This document shows, piece after piece, positions 1-10,411 of a stretch of DNA of 64,000 bases. The notes beneath the pieces were generated by a model. The model saw only the letters and a program-made list of their open reading frames with translations, searched no databases and was not told the origin of the DNA. Source of the DNA: Dehalococcoidia bacterium. GTDB taxonomy: Bacteria; Chloroflexota; Dehalococcoidia; Lucifugimonadales; UBA3495. The position numbers were made by a program, and so were the translations under genes. The DNA lies in NCBI GenBank assembly GCA_965203835.1, contig OZ241919.1:596188-660187 (forward strand), in the 5' to 3' direction. Every line of letters starts with the position of its first letter. Position 1 is the first letter of the stretch.

Positions 1-6
1 ACCAAC

Positions 7-2334
7 TTATGACCCCCCCACGATTGTGCTCGTTTGAGCCAAGACCATGCCGTCTGAGCCAACTACCACGACCAACGCCGCCTTTTCTTCATGCTCTGCA
101 TCTTCAACCAGGAGGAACAATTCACCTTGGTCCCCAAGCTCCTTACCACCCATAGCCAATGTGGTAGCGGGGTCGCCTCCTTTGGTACGGATGTCTACAC
201 GTGCGCCAGCCGCTGACCCCTCGATCATGATGTTGCACCGGAGCCGCCGCCACCTCACGTCACCAATGGACACGGTCGGCTGGGACGCTCGTCCGGATGC
301 CGCCAGAATCGGGACCACACACTCCTGTGGGCTGAGACCGCCGTGCTCGTATTCTTTGCCAGCTTCGTAGCAATGGATGCCTGGCGCGATGGCAATGCGG
401 ACGGTGGGGTCCCAGTGCCAAGATACAACCTGCTGGTCGGTTTGAGAGCCTTCCTTTAACCGCGCGCAGCGCCCTTTCCGTACCTCGGTAAGGTGTTCCG
501 GCAACTCAGCTTTGGGCAGGCCACCAGGCATCATCAGCCACCCGTGGTCAGTGACCACAACCACCTTTCCCCATCCGTGATCCAAGAGACTAGCTATCCT
601 ATCAACAAGACCTCGAAGTTCGGCGGCGGCATGGTGGACAATTCTCCACCCATGTTCGTGCCCGTATGTGTCGATGTTCCCCGACTCCAACCATGCGCGC
701 CCGGCGCTATCGCCAAGCTCCTCTGCTCCCAGTATCTGGAAGCCCTCATTACCTACCAGCCTCCGCAGTAGCCGGGCATTGACCTTCGCTCCGTTGGCCT
801 TTACAACAGTTTCAAAGCCCTCACCCCCGGCTAACTCGGAAGCTGCAGGAGAGACGGCCGGCTTTGCCGTAGCGGTTACTGATGGCAGAGCCGTCAGACG
901 TGGCTCCACTTCTACATCAATCCCCCTCTGCTCCAACATCGTTCCAAGCCGATGTGCCAAATCGAACCGAAGGCCGTCAACGAATAGCAGGCACGTTTCC
1001 TTGCCCACCTCCAGCGGAGGTCCTGTTTGGTAGCTGTCTGGCCCGGACACAGCAATGGCGTCCTGAAACGCCTCGACGATCCCTTCCAGCCACGGGTGAT
1101 ATACCGTCCGCGCGGCTGATCTCACGGCCCTGACGTCCTCCATTCTCTCGACCGAGGCAAGTGCGTCTAGGACAGCTAGGTCGGCAACCCATCCGTCATC
1201 AGCATATTTCTGCATAATCTCAGAAATAGATGTTCCCCATGCCATTCGTTCGGTGGCTCGCACCATTGTTGCAAGATGCTCAATGGCCTGGGCAAGAGGA
1301 GCGGACTCCAAGGAAGCCCATACCCAGCTTCGCCGCTCACCGTGGTGCTGCTCCAGTTCGAGAATCTTGCACCGAGCGGCATCAGGGTCTAAGCTCGACA
1401 AGCCTACCAGGGCGTCACGAAGAGCAACCTCTGCAGATTCATTGTTCTGGGGCCACGATTCCGAATGGTCGAGAAGCGGCAAAGTCATCTGTGGTTTGGC
1501 TTCTCGCAGCCGGTCGGGGATGGCTACGTAAAATGCGGGAGTTTCTGCGAAGCGACGCCAGACCATATCCCAATTGCCGTATTGCTGCCCCAATTTCTCG
1601 GCGGCTGCCACTTGGCCGTCCTTCTCCGGGTGGAAGTCGTAGTGACTTTCGCACAATGCCACAAATGCCGCCCACTCCTGGTCGGAGCACTCATCTTGAT
1701 ATTCTTTGGGGTCATTCATCCATCGAAGCACGTTCTTTACATTGTCGGGGTGGATCAATCCGTCCAGATAGAAGGCCCGTATTGGAGCGGCCCTACAGAT
1801 AGCCTCGATAGGCTCTTCCGCCAGCTTCAGAAGGGAACGCTGGAGTGCCTCTCTGGTCCCCTGGCCTCCATCTACCCCTATGCCAAGCCCTCCGTCCTTG
1901 GTCTGTAGGAATGCGTTGACTGTCCAGTCTCGGCCGTTCTTCTGGCTCCACAGCACTCCCCGGTATTGCAACTCAGCCAAGGGCTGCAACTGGACTGGGC
2001 AGGTCTCCAACGCCCGCATGTCCTGTCGTGAGTAGCCGGGCAAGTAGAGCACGGGCACCCTCTCCGGCGGTAGGCTGGGATGAGGAATCGTGCGGGCAAT
2101 AATGCACCTCAGCCAATAGGCTGGGCCGGTGTTCTCGTCTGGGGAGTATTTGCCCAGAACAAAGAGAGGCAACCGGTCCTTGAGCAAAGACAACAATTGC
2201 TCCCATTGCCGAGCCTCGTCCGTCCAGAGGACGGCGGCAGGTGGGACTTGGTCCTGCCTGTTGTGCGAGCTCGCACTCTCTAGCGCGTCGGCCAGAGCGT
2301 CGAGGAAGGTTCTGGAAACGGAGACGGTAGTCAC
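7..2334 (-). CDS. pglZ: BREX system PglZ (alkaline-phosphatase-fold protein)
   Basis: 775-aa ORF with PglZ-type blocks LLFVDGLRFD and VVVTDHGW. GTG start overlaps the pglX stop (GTGA). Last gene of the brxA-brxB-brxC-pglX-pglZ order. Confidence 0.9.
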   Translation of the reverse strand: MTTVSVSRTFLDALADALESASSHNRQDQVPPAAVLWTDEARQWEQLLSLLKDRLPLFVLGKYSPDENTGPAYWLRCIIARTIPHPSLPPERVPVLYLPGYSRQDMRALETCPVQLQPLAELQYRGVLWSQKNGRDWTVNAFLQTKDGGLGIGVDGGQGTREALQRSLLKLAEEPIEAICRAAPIRAFYLDGLIHPDNVKNVLRWMNDPKEYQDECSDQEWAAFVALCESHYDFHPEKDGQVAAAEKLGQQYGNWDMVWRRFAETPAFYVAIPDRLREAKPQMTLPLLDHSESWPQNNESAEVALRDALVGLSSLDPDAARCKILELEQHHGERRSWVWASLESAPLAQAIEHLATMVRATERMAWGTSISEIMQKYADDGWVADLAVLDALASVERMEDVRAVRSAARTVYHPWLEGIVEAFQDAIAVSGPDSYQTGPPLEVGKETCLLFVDGLRFDLAHRLGTMLEQRGIDVEVEPRLTALPSVTATAKPAVSPAASELAGGEGFETVVKANGAKVNARLLRRLVGNEGFQILGAEELGDSAGRAWLESGNIDTYGHEHGWRIVHHAAAELRGLVDRIASLLDHGWGKVVVVTDHGWLMMPGGLPKAELPEHLTEVRKGRCARLKEGSQTDQQVVSWHWDPTVRIAIAPGIHCYEAGKEYEHGGLSPQECVVPILAASGRASQPTVSIGDVRWRRLRCNIMIEGSAAGARVDIRTKGGDPATTLAMGGKELGDQGELFLLVEDAEHEEKAALVVVVGSDGMVLAQTSTIVGGS

Positions 2335-5300
2335 TCTGTCTTCGCCTCCTTCGCAGCGCGCTTCTGCGCCAAAGTAAAGTTCACGTCGTTCACCCGCTCG
2401 GAGCCGTCGGGGTCCCTACCGCGGTCCTTCTTCCAATTCACGTTTACTCGGCTGCGAAGAACGCCTGCGGCAACGAACGGACGGATGTTTAGCCGCACAC
2501 CGTCGTTGATGTCAGGATTCCAGCCCATTGGTTGTTCGCGTAGAGGCTTCCAGCGAACGTATATGTCGTAGGGCGGCTCCCCATCACGTATGGCTTCGAG
2601 CTTCCTTTGCAGTTCCAAGGCAGCTACTAACCGAGCGCTTGCCCCCGGAGTGCTAGATTCTTCGGCGGCTCGCTGAGTGCGAATCCACTCGCCCAAATAC
2701 GTGTATATGAGCCTGTCGAGATTGGCCACATCCAGCTTGTGGTAGTTCACAAGGGCCGAGAAACCGTCCCGCCGACCGTCCCAGACGTGCCAGATAAAGG
2801 GGCGCTGGTGGAACAGCTTGCAATGCTGGTTGAAGAAACCATCGCGGAGCCAGGCATCCAGTCCTTTGTCGGCGAAACCAACGTGTCGTAACAACTCGGC
2901 CTGATGCTCAACCGACCACCTTTCTCCATAAGCAGCCGCCAATATGTTCCGTAGTCTTTCGGAGCTAGGCTCCTGGCCTACGACCGGCGAGAGCGACAAT
3001 ATCCCATCAGAGATGGCCAGCGGGCTCAAGTCATCTGCTTTCCCTTCAGGCCACTGGTATCCAAGTAGCCTTCCCATCGCGACCTGTAGAGGTTCGCTAC
3101 TGTCTCTTGGGTCACCTCGGAAGAGCCACTGGGTTGGGTCCTCGGAGAAGGGCTCTGGAATGGGGCCGGTTGACTTGGCCGCCGCCTGCCAGTAGTCGAG
3201 ATCGAACGGCACCTTCTCAAAATATCGCACGTCCACACTTAGCTTCTGATTCACTTGCCGAACGCAAGTTGGGAATTCTCGTGATGAGCAAAACGCCCAT
3301 AATGCAGGAAGATGGGCAACATCCTTTGGCACTGCAACGCATATGATGTTCTCAAAGATTTCTCCAGTGTAGAGTGTCGCAGCAAGCCCGCGAGTGTAGG
3401 ATATTGCGATGCCCCTCCGCCCCCACGCCTCGCGACCTGCAATCGTCGCTCCTGCTCCCTGAGTTCTGGCGGCCAGAATCCCCGATCCATCCTCCCAAAA
3501 GATAACGCTCTCACGTCCGCCATAGAGGGTCGGTCCCGAGACTGTCAACTGTTCCGGTGTCCAAACTGCCCTCGGCAGAACTAATTCCCAGAAGAACCGG
3601 CGGAACCTTGGCGAGTCGCCTGTAGTGATCCCACCTCTGACGTAGGCGAACTTGCCAAGTACGCTATCGCGGTCAATGGGAGCAAAAGACACTATGGCAT
3701 CAGGATTGACTAACACCGATCCTTGTTTGACGGACACTAGAGAGGAATCTAGTAGTTGGCTTGACTTCGCTTCCGGGTCAGTTCCTTCAGAGACATCTAG
3801 GCCGACAAATTCATTAGTAAGAGAGGGCGTAACTTTGTCCACGATCAGCACCGCTGTGAAGGCACCAGCCGCGGCACTACTTGCAAATGCATGTTCTCCC
3901 AACTTGATTGCGGCCTTCCAAGTGTCCTGAGCGAGTGAGATCTCCCGCAATCTCGCATATCGTTTGAGAAATAGCCAGTTCTGAGGCGTGACCACCGCAT
4001 ATGTGCCCCCAGGTATGCAGAAGGCACCAGCGCGTACCATAAAGGCGGTGGCCAGATCCGCTCTCGCTTCTTCATAATGTTGCTCAATGAAATCCTTGAG
4101 TACATCTCCTTGCTTGCCGCGTGCGAGATACGGCACATTGGTCGCAACCAGAGTATATTGACGTGCCAGCAGTTCGGCGGCACGTGCAGCTCCCAGGGCG
4201 GCACTCCCAAAGACTGCCGCGACCGGGTCGTCAGCCCTCTCCTTTGCTAGCGCTCCTTCCAGGAGTGGCGCAACCTTGCCGAAGTCAGGCGTGAACATCC
4301 GCTCTGGGACCGGAACGTTCATAGGATCAATAAGACTGCCAAGGTCCGGCCCATTCACGAATAGCCCGTGCAGCCTCCCCAGGGTCTGTCGCATGTTGGC
4401 GTCGTCTCCTGCCAGCTTAGTCCATGCTTCACTCTGTCCACGAACCGCTATGCCTGAACATGCGAGATTCAGCGTAGGCAGTTCGCGGTAGCCCCCAACC
4501 TTCCATGCCGAGAGCGCAAGGGAAAAGGCAGCGATTTGTACGCACCGGGGGTCTATCTCCAGTCCGAATAGATTGTCACGAAGCACGGAGTCAGCCGCCT
4601 GAGTCTCACTGATGCCCTCTTCCTCCATACGCATCTGGCGGAGCATTTCGAACGCAACTACCAAGAAGTGACCCGAGCCACAGCACGGGTCCATCACAGT
4701 GACGTCCGCCGCCCTTTCTGGCCATCCTGGGAATGAACCGGTTGCCGGCGCTCCATCCTCCTGCAATCGAAGATACTTGAATCCCTTTACCAATGGACTT
4801 GCGGGATACCGTGCAGCCCACCATGCGCCAAGCGAGTTCTCCAGCAAGAACCGCACCATGTAGTCTTCGGTGAAGAGCTGAGAGTAAGCGGCCAAGTCCA
4901 GCTTCTCGATCTTTCGCCCGCTGCCGCTGACTTCCCTTTTCTTCTTCGACTGCCAGAACTGGTATACCCAGCCAAGGCCGTCGTCGGACGTGAAGACTGC
5001 AATGGGAAGGGTGCTCAGGATGTCCTCAAGGGCGGCGCGGTCTTCAGGAGCGAAAGTGACCTGGCCACTGGGGTCGTCGGAGGGAAAGATGCCTGGCAGC
5101 ATGTTGCCTGCGTACCGGGCTGCCGTTGCCCACCGGTCCGGGTCCCCCTCTTCCGAAGTCAGTTCCTCGCACTCCTCCAAAGTCACGGCCACACCGGCAG
5201 GGTGCATGAGCAAGTCGCTTTCGGCTAGGAACTGCGCGAACAGCATCCGATGCCACTGCACATACGCCACCTCCTCAACGAGCAAGGCGAATCCGGTGGA

Positions 5301-5504
5301 CTGGCTGCCGGAACCCAGTTGGCGGGCCTTTGCCCGCAACGCATTACGAAGCGCCCTCTGCTCGCTCGTAAGCGTTTCGAACGCCCTTTGCTGATTGACG
5401 GCCAGAACATCCAGGGCGGCGCGTGCCGCATCCTCGGCTTCCTCGCGTGCCGCTATGATAGCCTTCTCCAGGGCAGACCTTAGCGTGGATTCTAGCGTTG
5501 CCAT
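2331..5504 (-). CDS. pglX: BREX N6-adenine DNA methyltransferase PglX
   Basis: ORF 2331..5546; most likely ATG at 5504, preceded by GAGGTAAGGA. SAM-binding block MDPCCGSGHFLV and catalytic NVPY (NPPY-like) block. More than 1000 aa, as usual for PglX. Confidence 0.9.
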   Translation of the reverse strand: MATLESTLRSALEKAIIAAREEAEDAARAALDVLAVNQQRAFETLTSEQRALRNALRAKARQLGSGSQSTGFALLVEEVAYVQWHRMLFAQFLAESDLLMHPAGVAVTLEECEELTSEEGDPDRWATAARYAGNMLPGIFPSDDPSGQVTFAPEDRAALEDILSTLPIAVFTSDDGLGWVYQFWQSKKKREVSGSGRKIEKLDLAAYSQLFTEDYMVRFLLENSLGAWWAARYPASPLVKGFKYLRLQEDGAPATGSFPGWPERAADVTVMDPCCGSGHFLVVAFEMLRQMRMEEEGISETQAADSVLRDNLFGLEIDPRCVQIAAFSLALSAWKVGGYRELPTLNLACSGIAVRGQSEAWTKLAGDDANMRQTLGRLHGLFVNGPDLGSLIDPMNVPVPERMFTPDFGKVAPLLEGALAKERADDPVAAVFGSAALGAARAAELLARQYTLVATNVPYLARGKQGDVLKDFIEQHYEEARADLATAFMVRAGAFCIPGGTYAVVTPQNWLFLKRYARLREISLAQDTWKAAIKLGEHAFASSAAAGAFTAVLIVDKVTPSLTNEFVGLDVSEGTDPEAKSSQLLDSSLVSVKQGSVLVNPDAIVSFAPIDRDSVLGKFAYVRGGITTGDSPRFRRFFWELVLPRAVWTPEQLTVSGPTLYGGRESVIFWEDGSGILAARTQGAGATIAGREAWGRRGIAISYTRGLAATLYTGEIFENIICVAVPKDVAHLPALWAFCSSREFPTCVRQVNQKLSVDVRYFEKVPFDLDYWQAAAKSTGPIPEPFSEDPTQWLFRGDPRDSSEPLQVAMGRLLGYQWPEGKADDLSPLAISDGILSLSPVVGQEPSSERLRNILAAAYGERWSVEHQAELLRHVGFADKGLDAWLRDGFFNQHCKLFHQRPFIWHVWDGRRDGFSALVNYHKLDVANLDRLIYTYLGEWIRTQRAAEESSTPGASARLVAALELQRKLEAIRDGEPPYDIYVRWKPLREQPMGWNPDINDGVRLNIRPFVAAGVLRSRVNVNWKKDRGRDPDGSERVNDVNFTLAQKRAAKEAKTE

Positions 5505-5520
5505 CTTCTGATCCTTACCT

Positions 5521-8500
5521 CTACGGGATGAGCACGGGGTGCTCATCTACGTGGGCTAATAGCTGTTCCCTCAATCGTTGGATGTAGGCTTCTACTTCTT
5601 CGCGGCTATTCAGGGTTGCCGGATTGGGACGGACCGTGACTGCCTTCGGTGCCAGCAGACGGGCAGCTTCCTCTCTCGCGTGAGCAATCCGCGTTCTCAG
5701 GGCCAAGATTCGGTCATTCCATTCCTGTATGCCAACATCTTCGAGACATTCCATTAGCGCCTTGTCGGTGCCAATGTCGAGATCAGGAATCGGGCCTAGC
5801 CTGTTGGAAGCCAGGATCCCAGCGCCATCTCCAGGCTTTAACTTCAGCCAATCGTCCGACTTCTCAAGTTCAGTCACCTCTCGGTCGCGCTCCCCGCGTA
5901 GGTGTCCGTGTGCTTCAGAGACCGTCTTTCGCAAGGCAGCCGTCACCTGGCTGAGAAGCGGTGGAAGGGGGTTGGGATCAGTCAGCAGAGAACGTTGGGA
6001 CCGAATCGCTTCCAACTGGGGTTTCAATTCCTCTGCGATAGCCAAGTTGTGAGCATGATGCAGAAGTCTCTCCAGCCGAACCCACTCGGGCAGGCGTTCT
6101 TGTGCAGCCTCGCCAGCCGCCGCCCAATCCTTATGGTGGTTGACTAGGGTGTCCGACCTTTCGGCCACTCCAACGATCTGACGGTTCCCAGCCATTTCCC
6201 GAAGCTCCCTGACTATCGCGGCGTCCGGCTGTGCGGGAAGTGGAGCCTCCCCACCGGCAGCCTGGGCTTCGCTCTGGAGTCGATCCAAAATCGCCAACAC
6301 AGCCTCAGCTTCCTCTCCGCTCTTTGCTGGAAGGCCCATCACTGATGCGACCTTGCGAACCTCTATCCGCTGGGCAGCAGACACGACGACTCCCTCGCTG
6401 AAAAAATCGGTAACTCCTATCTGTTGCTGATTCAGATCCTTGGCAGCCATAGGCTGCCCGCTGCGAGCAGCCCGCAAGAACCCGCCTGCAAGCAGTGCCA
6501 AGAGAGCACCATCAACAGCGTCGCGTGACCACCCGTAAGGTGGGTCCGAAAAGTGACGGCGTACGTCGGAACCCTTCTTTCCTGCACCCCCGACAAAGCT
6601 CCGTATCTCTAGGCAAACAGGATGATTCTCCACGTCGGAAGAGTACCCGAGGGTTGAAAGTGCGTCGGCAGCACCCTGCAATGCCCTAGTTACTACTCTG
6701 TTCCAGCCGCTCTGGTCCGCATCTGAAAACTTGGGGAACAGCCTAATCAAGGCAGCCTCGACGGCCTGTCCGATGGCCTCAGAGAAGGACGCGGCAACGA
6801 TTTCGTTACCACCGCCCTGGTAGACCCGGGCGTTTCTGATGATGTTGTCCACGAGGTCGCTGACGCGCCTCCCTTCGACATCTATACGGGACTGCATTGC
6901 TCCTCTTGCTTCGATCCCTGCGCTGGTCTGCGGAACCGCTCGGGTGCTGACAGTCTCCTCAGCCGCACGGAGTCGACCGATAGCCTGTCGCAGCTCGTCA
7001 GCTTCAAGTCTCGGCAGGAAGACGAACACAGTAGGGTCATCAACCCCCGCTTGCCTAGCTTCTTCACGCACGGACCCGAGCGCCGCTGACCATTCATCTT
7101 GTACCCACAGAGGAACGCTGCTTCCGTCCGCTGCTGGCCTCTCTGAACCCAGGTACACTTCGTACTTGCGTGGTGTCCTAGTGGCTCCTTGTAAGAAGCT
7201 GAGCCCTCTAAGGGCCGTGGCTAGGGCTTCTCTTATAGCCGTTTCACGCTCGGCTGCCATCCGTACGTCATCCCCGAGAACACGGGATAGGCGGCTTCGG
7301 TAATCCGTCTCCCATTCGATACTCTCCGGAGTCTGGAGTCTGTATTCGCCATCGAACAAGATTAGCGTTCCTGCATCCACGAGACCCTGAAGCACAACCG
7401 GGACCTGTTGCCGCAGAGATGCGCTTCCGGCAGTTAGGTCATCGATCACTAGATCTGCTAGGGCATCAGAGGTGGCGCGGACTCCCGTTGCCAATGGACC
7501 TTCGTCCCGCTCCAGTTTGCCTATCATGAAAATCAGTGCGCAAAGACGGGACTTGAGCCTGCCATCCTCCGAGTCATCGTCTAGCTCCCGGATCAAGGTT
7601 GCCACATCACGCGGTAGGATAGCGCTCTGAAGCATCTCGGTCTCAACTTGCCAGTAAATCGCGTCCGCTCGTGCAACCGTGCCCAGTGGCTTTTCTGCAA
7701 CCTCACGGGCAGTGTCATGGACGATGCGTAGCTGGGTCCTCAACTGCCCGGCTGTCCCTGCACTATCGACTGACCGCAACATCCGTTCCCATAGACGCCG
7801 CCGCACGGGAAGCATCGGGTAGTCAGCTACACGGTCCTGGACATCACTGGGCTGGGGGCCGATTCTTGTACCTGCCAAGTGGCGGTCGATCTCACCACTG
7901 GCCGAATCGAGCACTTTCTTCACAGAAGCAACCTTGTCCGGCGTCTTTCGCAGGACCACTTCCCTTACAACCTTCTCGACATCGACGTCAGAGAGGGTCA
8001 CACGTATCGAGAATCGGCCCTGGAGCTTTGAAAGTTCCGTATTGGCTTGGAGTGCCGACTGCCCAGTGCCAACGAACAGGAGATGACTCCCGAACTGAGT
8101 AGCGCAGGCCTCGACAACGTTCTGTACATGAAGCGTTCGCTGCGGGTCGTTGCCTATGAACTGTTGGAGTTCGTCGAAAACGAGCAGCGTAAGGGGCGGT
8201 TTGTCGGGAGTGGTCGACTGGAGCGCGAGTACATCGGCAATTGCACTGTGCAGTTCAGCATCCGATATATCCTGGAGATTCGGGTACTGCTCCCGGAGCA
8301 ATGTACGGACATCCGGCGAACTGGAAGCCAAGCCTGGGATCACTTCTAGCAGGGATTCAGCCAGCGCCGGCGAGACGTACATATTTCGAAGTTCGTGGTT
8401 GAGAGTCTTGCTTCGCGCTTCAATTGCAGCGTCTACTGCGTCGTACCAGCCATTTTGCTTTAGCCATATGACAAGCCGGGCTGCCGGGTATTGTTCAGGC

Positions 8501-8985
8501 AAATTTGCGCCCCTGAAGAGGATAGCCAGCAACGCCAGTCTGACGGCGCCCGCACCAGACCCGAGAGTGCCCGCTGCGGACCACAGGCCCCCTTCTTGTC
8601 TACCTAATCGCGACAACTCCACAAGGTTGGCATCCAAGTCAGAGGGCAGCGTAACCAGGGAACGGGCCCGAGCACCATCAGGGAATTCCACATCCCGCCA
8701 AAGGTATTCGAGTACTCTGACTAGGTGGCTCTTTCCGCTACCGTAGAAGCCGCTCACCCAGACGGCCTGTTGTTGCGGCTGCGAGATGTTGGTGAGGAAC
8801 GCCGAGAGTATCCGGTCCAAGCCCTGTCGGTACTCGCCTTCACATACGAATGACTCTAGCTCGTACCTGAGGACGTTCCACTCGTTCTCCGACTGGGGCT
8901 GGATAACCTTAGTTACGCCGTCGTTTGGGATAACTGTCGTAAGTGGGTCTCTGGAGAGAACATCCCGGATTCTCATGTCTGGCAT
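5521..8985 (-). CDS. brxC: BREX ATPase BrxC/PglY
   Basis: 1154-aa ORF with Walker A GFYGSGKSH near the N-terminus and a Walker-B-like LLVFDELQ. Lies between brxB and pglX. Confidence 0.88.
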   Translation of the reverse strand: MPDMRIRDVLSRDPLTTVIPNDGVTKVIQPQSENEWNVLRYELESFVCEGEYRQGLDRILSAFLTNISQPQQQAVWVSGFYGSGKSHLVRVLEYLWRDVEFPDGARARSLVTLPSDLDANLVELSRLGRQEGGLWSAAGTLGSGAGAVRLALLAILFRGANLPEQYPAARLVIWLKQNGWYDAVDAAIEARSKTLNHELRNMYVSPALAESLLEVIPGLASSSPDVRTLLREQYPNLQDISDAELHSAIADVLALQSTTPDKPPLTLLVFDELQQFIGNDPQRTLHVQNVVEACATQFGSHLLFVGTGQSALQANTELSKLQGRFSIRVTLSDVDVEKVVREVVLRKTPDKVASVKKVLDSASGEIDRHLAGTRIGPQPSDVQDRVADYPMLPVRRRLWERMLRSVDSAGTAGQLRTQLRIVHDTAREVAEKPLGTVARADAIYWQVETEMLQSAILPRDVATLIRELDDDSEDGRLKSRLCALIFMIGKLERDEGPLATGVRATSDALADLVIDDLTAGSASLRQQVPVVLQGLVDAGTLILFDGEYRLQTPESIEWETDYRSRLSRVLGDDVRMAAERETAIREALATALRGLSFLQGATRTPRKYEVYLGSERPAADGSSVPLWVQDEWSAALGSVREEARQAGVDDPTVFVFLPRLEADELRQAIGRLRAAEETVSTRAVPQTSAGIEARGAMQSRIDVEGRRVSDLVDNIIRNARVYQGGGNEIVAASFSEAIGQAVEAALIRLFPKFSDADQSGWNRVVTRALQGAADALSTLGYSSDVENHPVCLEIRSFVGGAGKKGSDVRRHFSDPPYGWSRDAVDGALLALLAGGFLRAARSGQPMAAKDLNQQQIGVTDFFSEGVVVSAAQRIEVRKVASVMGLPAKSGEEAEAVLAILDRLQSEAQAAGGEAPLPAQPDAAIVRELREMAGNRQIVGVAERSDTLVNHHKDWAAAGEAAQERLPEWVRLERLLHHAHNLAIAEELKPQLEAIRSQRSLLTDPNPLPPLLSQVTAALRKTVSEAHGHLRGERDREVTELEKSDDWLKLKPGDGAGILASNRLGPIPDLDIGTDKALMECLEDVGIQEWNDRILALRTRIAHAREEAARLLAPKAVTVRPNPATLNSREEVEAYIQRLREQLLAHVDEHPVLIP

Positions 8986-9542
8986 TAGTTGTCCCCCTCT
9001 ATCGGCACCGCATGGTAGTTCCAGCCGTCACGGGCATTGAGCAGTCGCCAATTGGAGCCATCTCGCTGTCCTGGAAAAAACGCCAGCAGACGGCCGCGTA
9101 TCTCGGAATCGACCTTCGCAACAAGCTCAGCGACTCGTATGAGACCGAATAGCGATGCTAAGCCAAGCAGCGCCACCACTGTATCCTTAGCAAGATTCTC
9201 ATCAACGCCTGGGCGTTTCAATTCCTGCCGCACCCGTTCCGCCACATAATCGGAGAAATCAACGAGCGCCAGTTCCAGGTCTTCCGGATGCTCAAAGTAC
9301 GCATCCTTGTACTCGTGGTTAGCCATCCACTCTGCGAACCAATCGGTGATGTCTACCTGGTGCCACGTATGTCCGGCATCGGCCGTGGCAGTCTGAAACT
9401 CGCCGAGGCGTAGCCGCAGGCGACGCTCTTGGCCGGGATCATACCTTGCAAACCACACTCTTTGTGCCCCAGCAAGCTTAAAGTCCCAGGGAAGCTTCAC
9501 GTACCGCTCGTAGCGGCTCAGAAGATCCTCTATCTCACTCAT
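8985..9542 (-). CDS. brxB: BREX protein BrxB (DUF1788-like)
   Basis: 185-aa ORF translationally coupled on both sides (ATGA with brxA, TAATG with brxC). Size and position fit BrxB. Call rests on synteny, not on a motif I can verify by eye. Confidence 0.7.
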   Translation of the reverse strand: MSEIEDLLSRYERYVKLPWDFKLAGAQRVWFARYDPGQERRLRLRLGEFQTATADAGHTWHQVDITDWFAEWMANHEYKDAYFEHPEDLELALVDFSDYVAERVRQELKRPGVDENLAKDTVVALLGLASLFGLIRVAELVAKVDSEIRGRLLAFFPGQRDGSNWRLLNARDGWNYHAVPIEGDN

Positions 9543-10336
9543 AGTGCCGGCTCTCCTTGGTCACGCATAAGATGTTGAAAGCTCACCTCCACTACATCTC
9601 CAGCTGCTCTGTACTCGATCCAGCCCTGACGGGAAGCTATGACCGCCAAGGCTTTTAGTTCGTGAATCGGTGCGTCCAGCATATTAGCCCACAGCGTGGT
9701 GAAGAGGCCCTGACCGCGCTTGCCGCAGAGATCACCCAATAGGAGAGCGTAAGCGAGTGATGTCGGACGGGCACGCGATTTGGATCTTCTCTTTGTTAGC
9801 TGCCCAGACAATAGCCCGGCTTGCTCCCAGGAAGACGCCACATTCCTCCCGAGGCGTTGGCGGGAGCTTGCCACGAATTTCCCGGGGAATTGGTGCTCAG
9901 CTTCCTCCGCAAATTCATGGGGCGTGACCGTTGTGTCCATGGGAAGGCGAAGTACGAACGGAGTCATCGCTCGCAGGATTGGGTCTCTCGCGGTCGAACA
10001 TAGCAGGGCGATCATCGGCTGTGCGCTGCCATCGGCATCCCACAGGTCTTTAAGAGCTCTGAAGATCAGCATGTTGGGGTCCAGCCCATAGAGTTCGCGA
10101 AGCCGCTCGAAGGTGATGCGACGCGCAGAGGCCGTTGGTTTGCCCAACAGGTTTTGATCAACTATAGCGGCCTTGTAAGCATCCTCTGTAGCAGGCGCCG
10201 GGCGGCTGGCTAAGAGAATGCGTAGCTCCTCCAACTTCATGGTGCTACTCAGGTGAGTGCCAGTTGGGTCTATCCTTAGTCCGGAGGTCGAAGCTGATCG
10301 CGGCACTCGTGAATCCATGGTCGTCATAATCCTCAA
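9539..10336 (-). CDS. brxA: BREX protein BrxA (DUF1819-like)
   Basis: First gene of the cluster; size and position fit BrxA. Start is ambiguous: TTG 10336, ATG 10327, or ATG 10318, the last having the best-spaced GAGGA. Confidence 0.65.
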   Translation of the reverse strand: MRIMTTMDSRVPRSASTSGLRIDPTGTHLSSTMKLEELRILLASRPAPATEDAYKAAIVDQNLLGKPTASARRITFERLRELYGLDPNMLIFRALKDLWDADGSAQPMIALLCSTARDPILRAMTPFVLRLPMDTTVTPHEFAEEAEHQFPGKFVASSRQRLGRNVASSWEQAGLLSGQLTKRRSKSRARPTSLAYALLLGDLCGKRGQGLFTTLWANMLDAPIHELKALAVIASRQGWIEYRAAGDVVEVSFQHLMRDQGEPAL

Positions 10337-10361
10337 TATAGCCCTTAAATGGATTTGATGC

Positions 10362-10398
10362 TACAATAGCAGGAGAATTAACTTTAAAGTCTCCTGCT
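10362..10398. promoter_or_regulatory. Divergent brxA / PAPS-reductase control region: TACAAT box plus perfect 9-bp inverted repeat
   Basis: AT-rich 75-bp spacer. TACAAT at 10362-10367. AGCAGGAGA-N13-TCTCCTGCT at 10368-10398, immediately upstream of the AAGGAGG SD of the 10412 gene. Could be an operator or a 5'-UTR hairpin. Confidence 0.35.
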
Positions 10399-10411
10399 AA
10401 GGAGGTATCTA

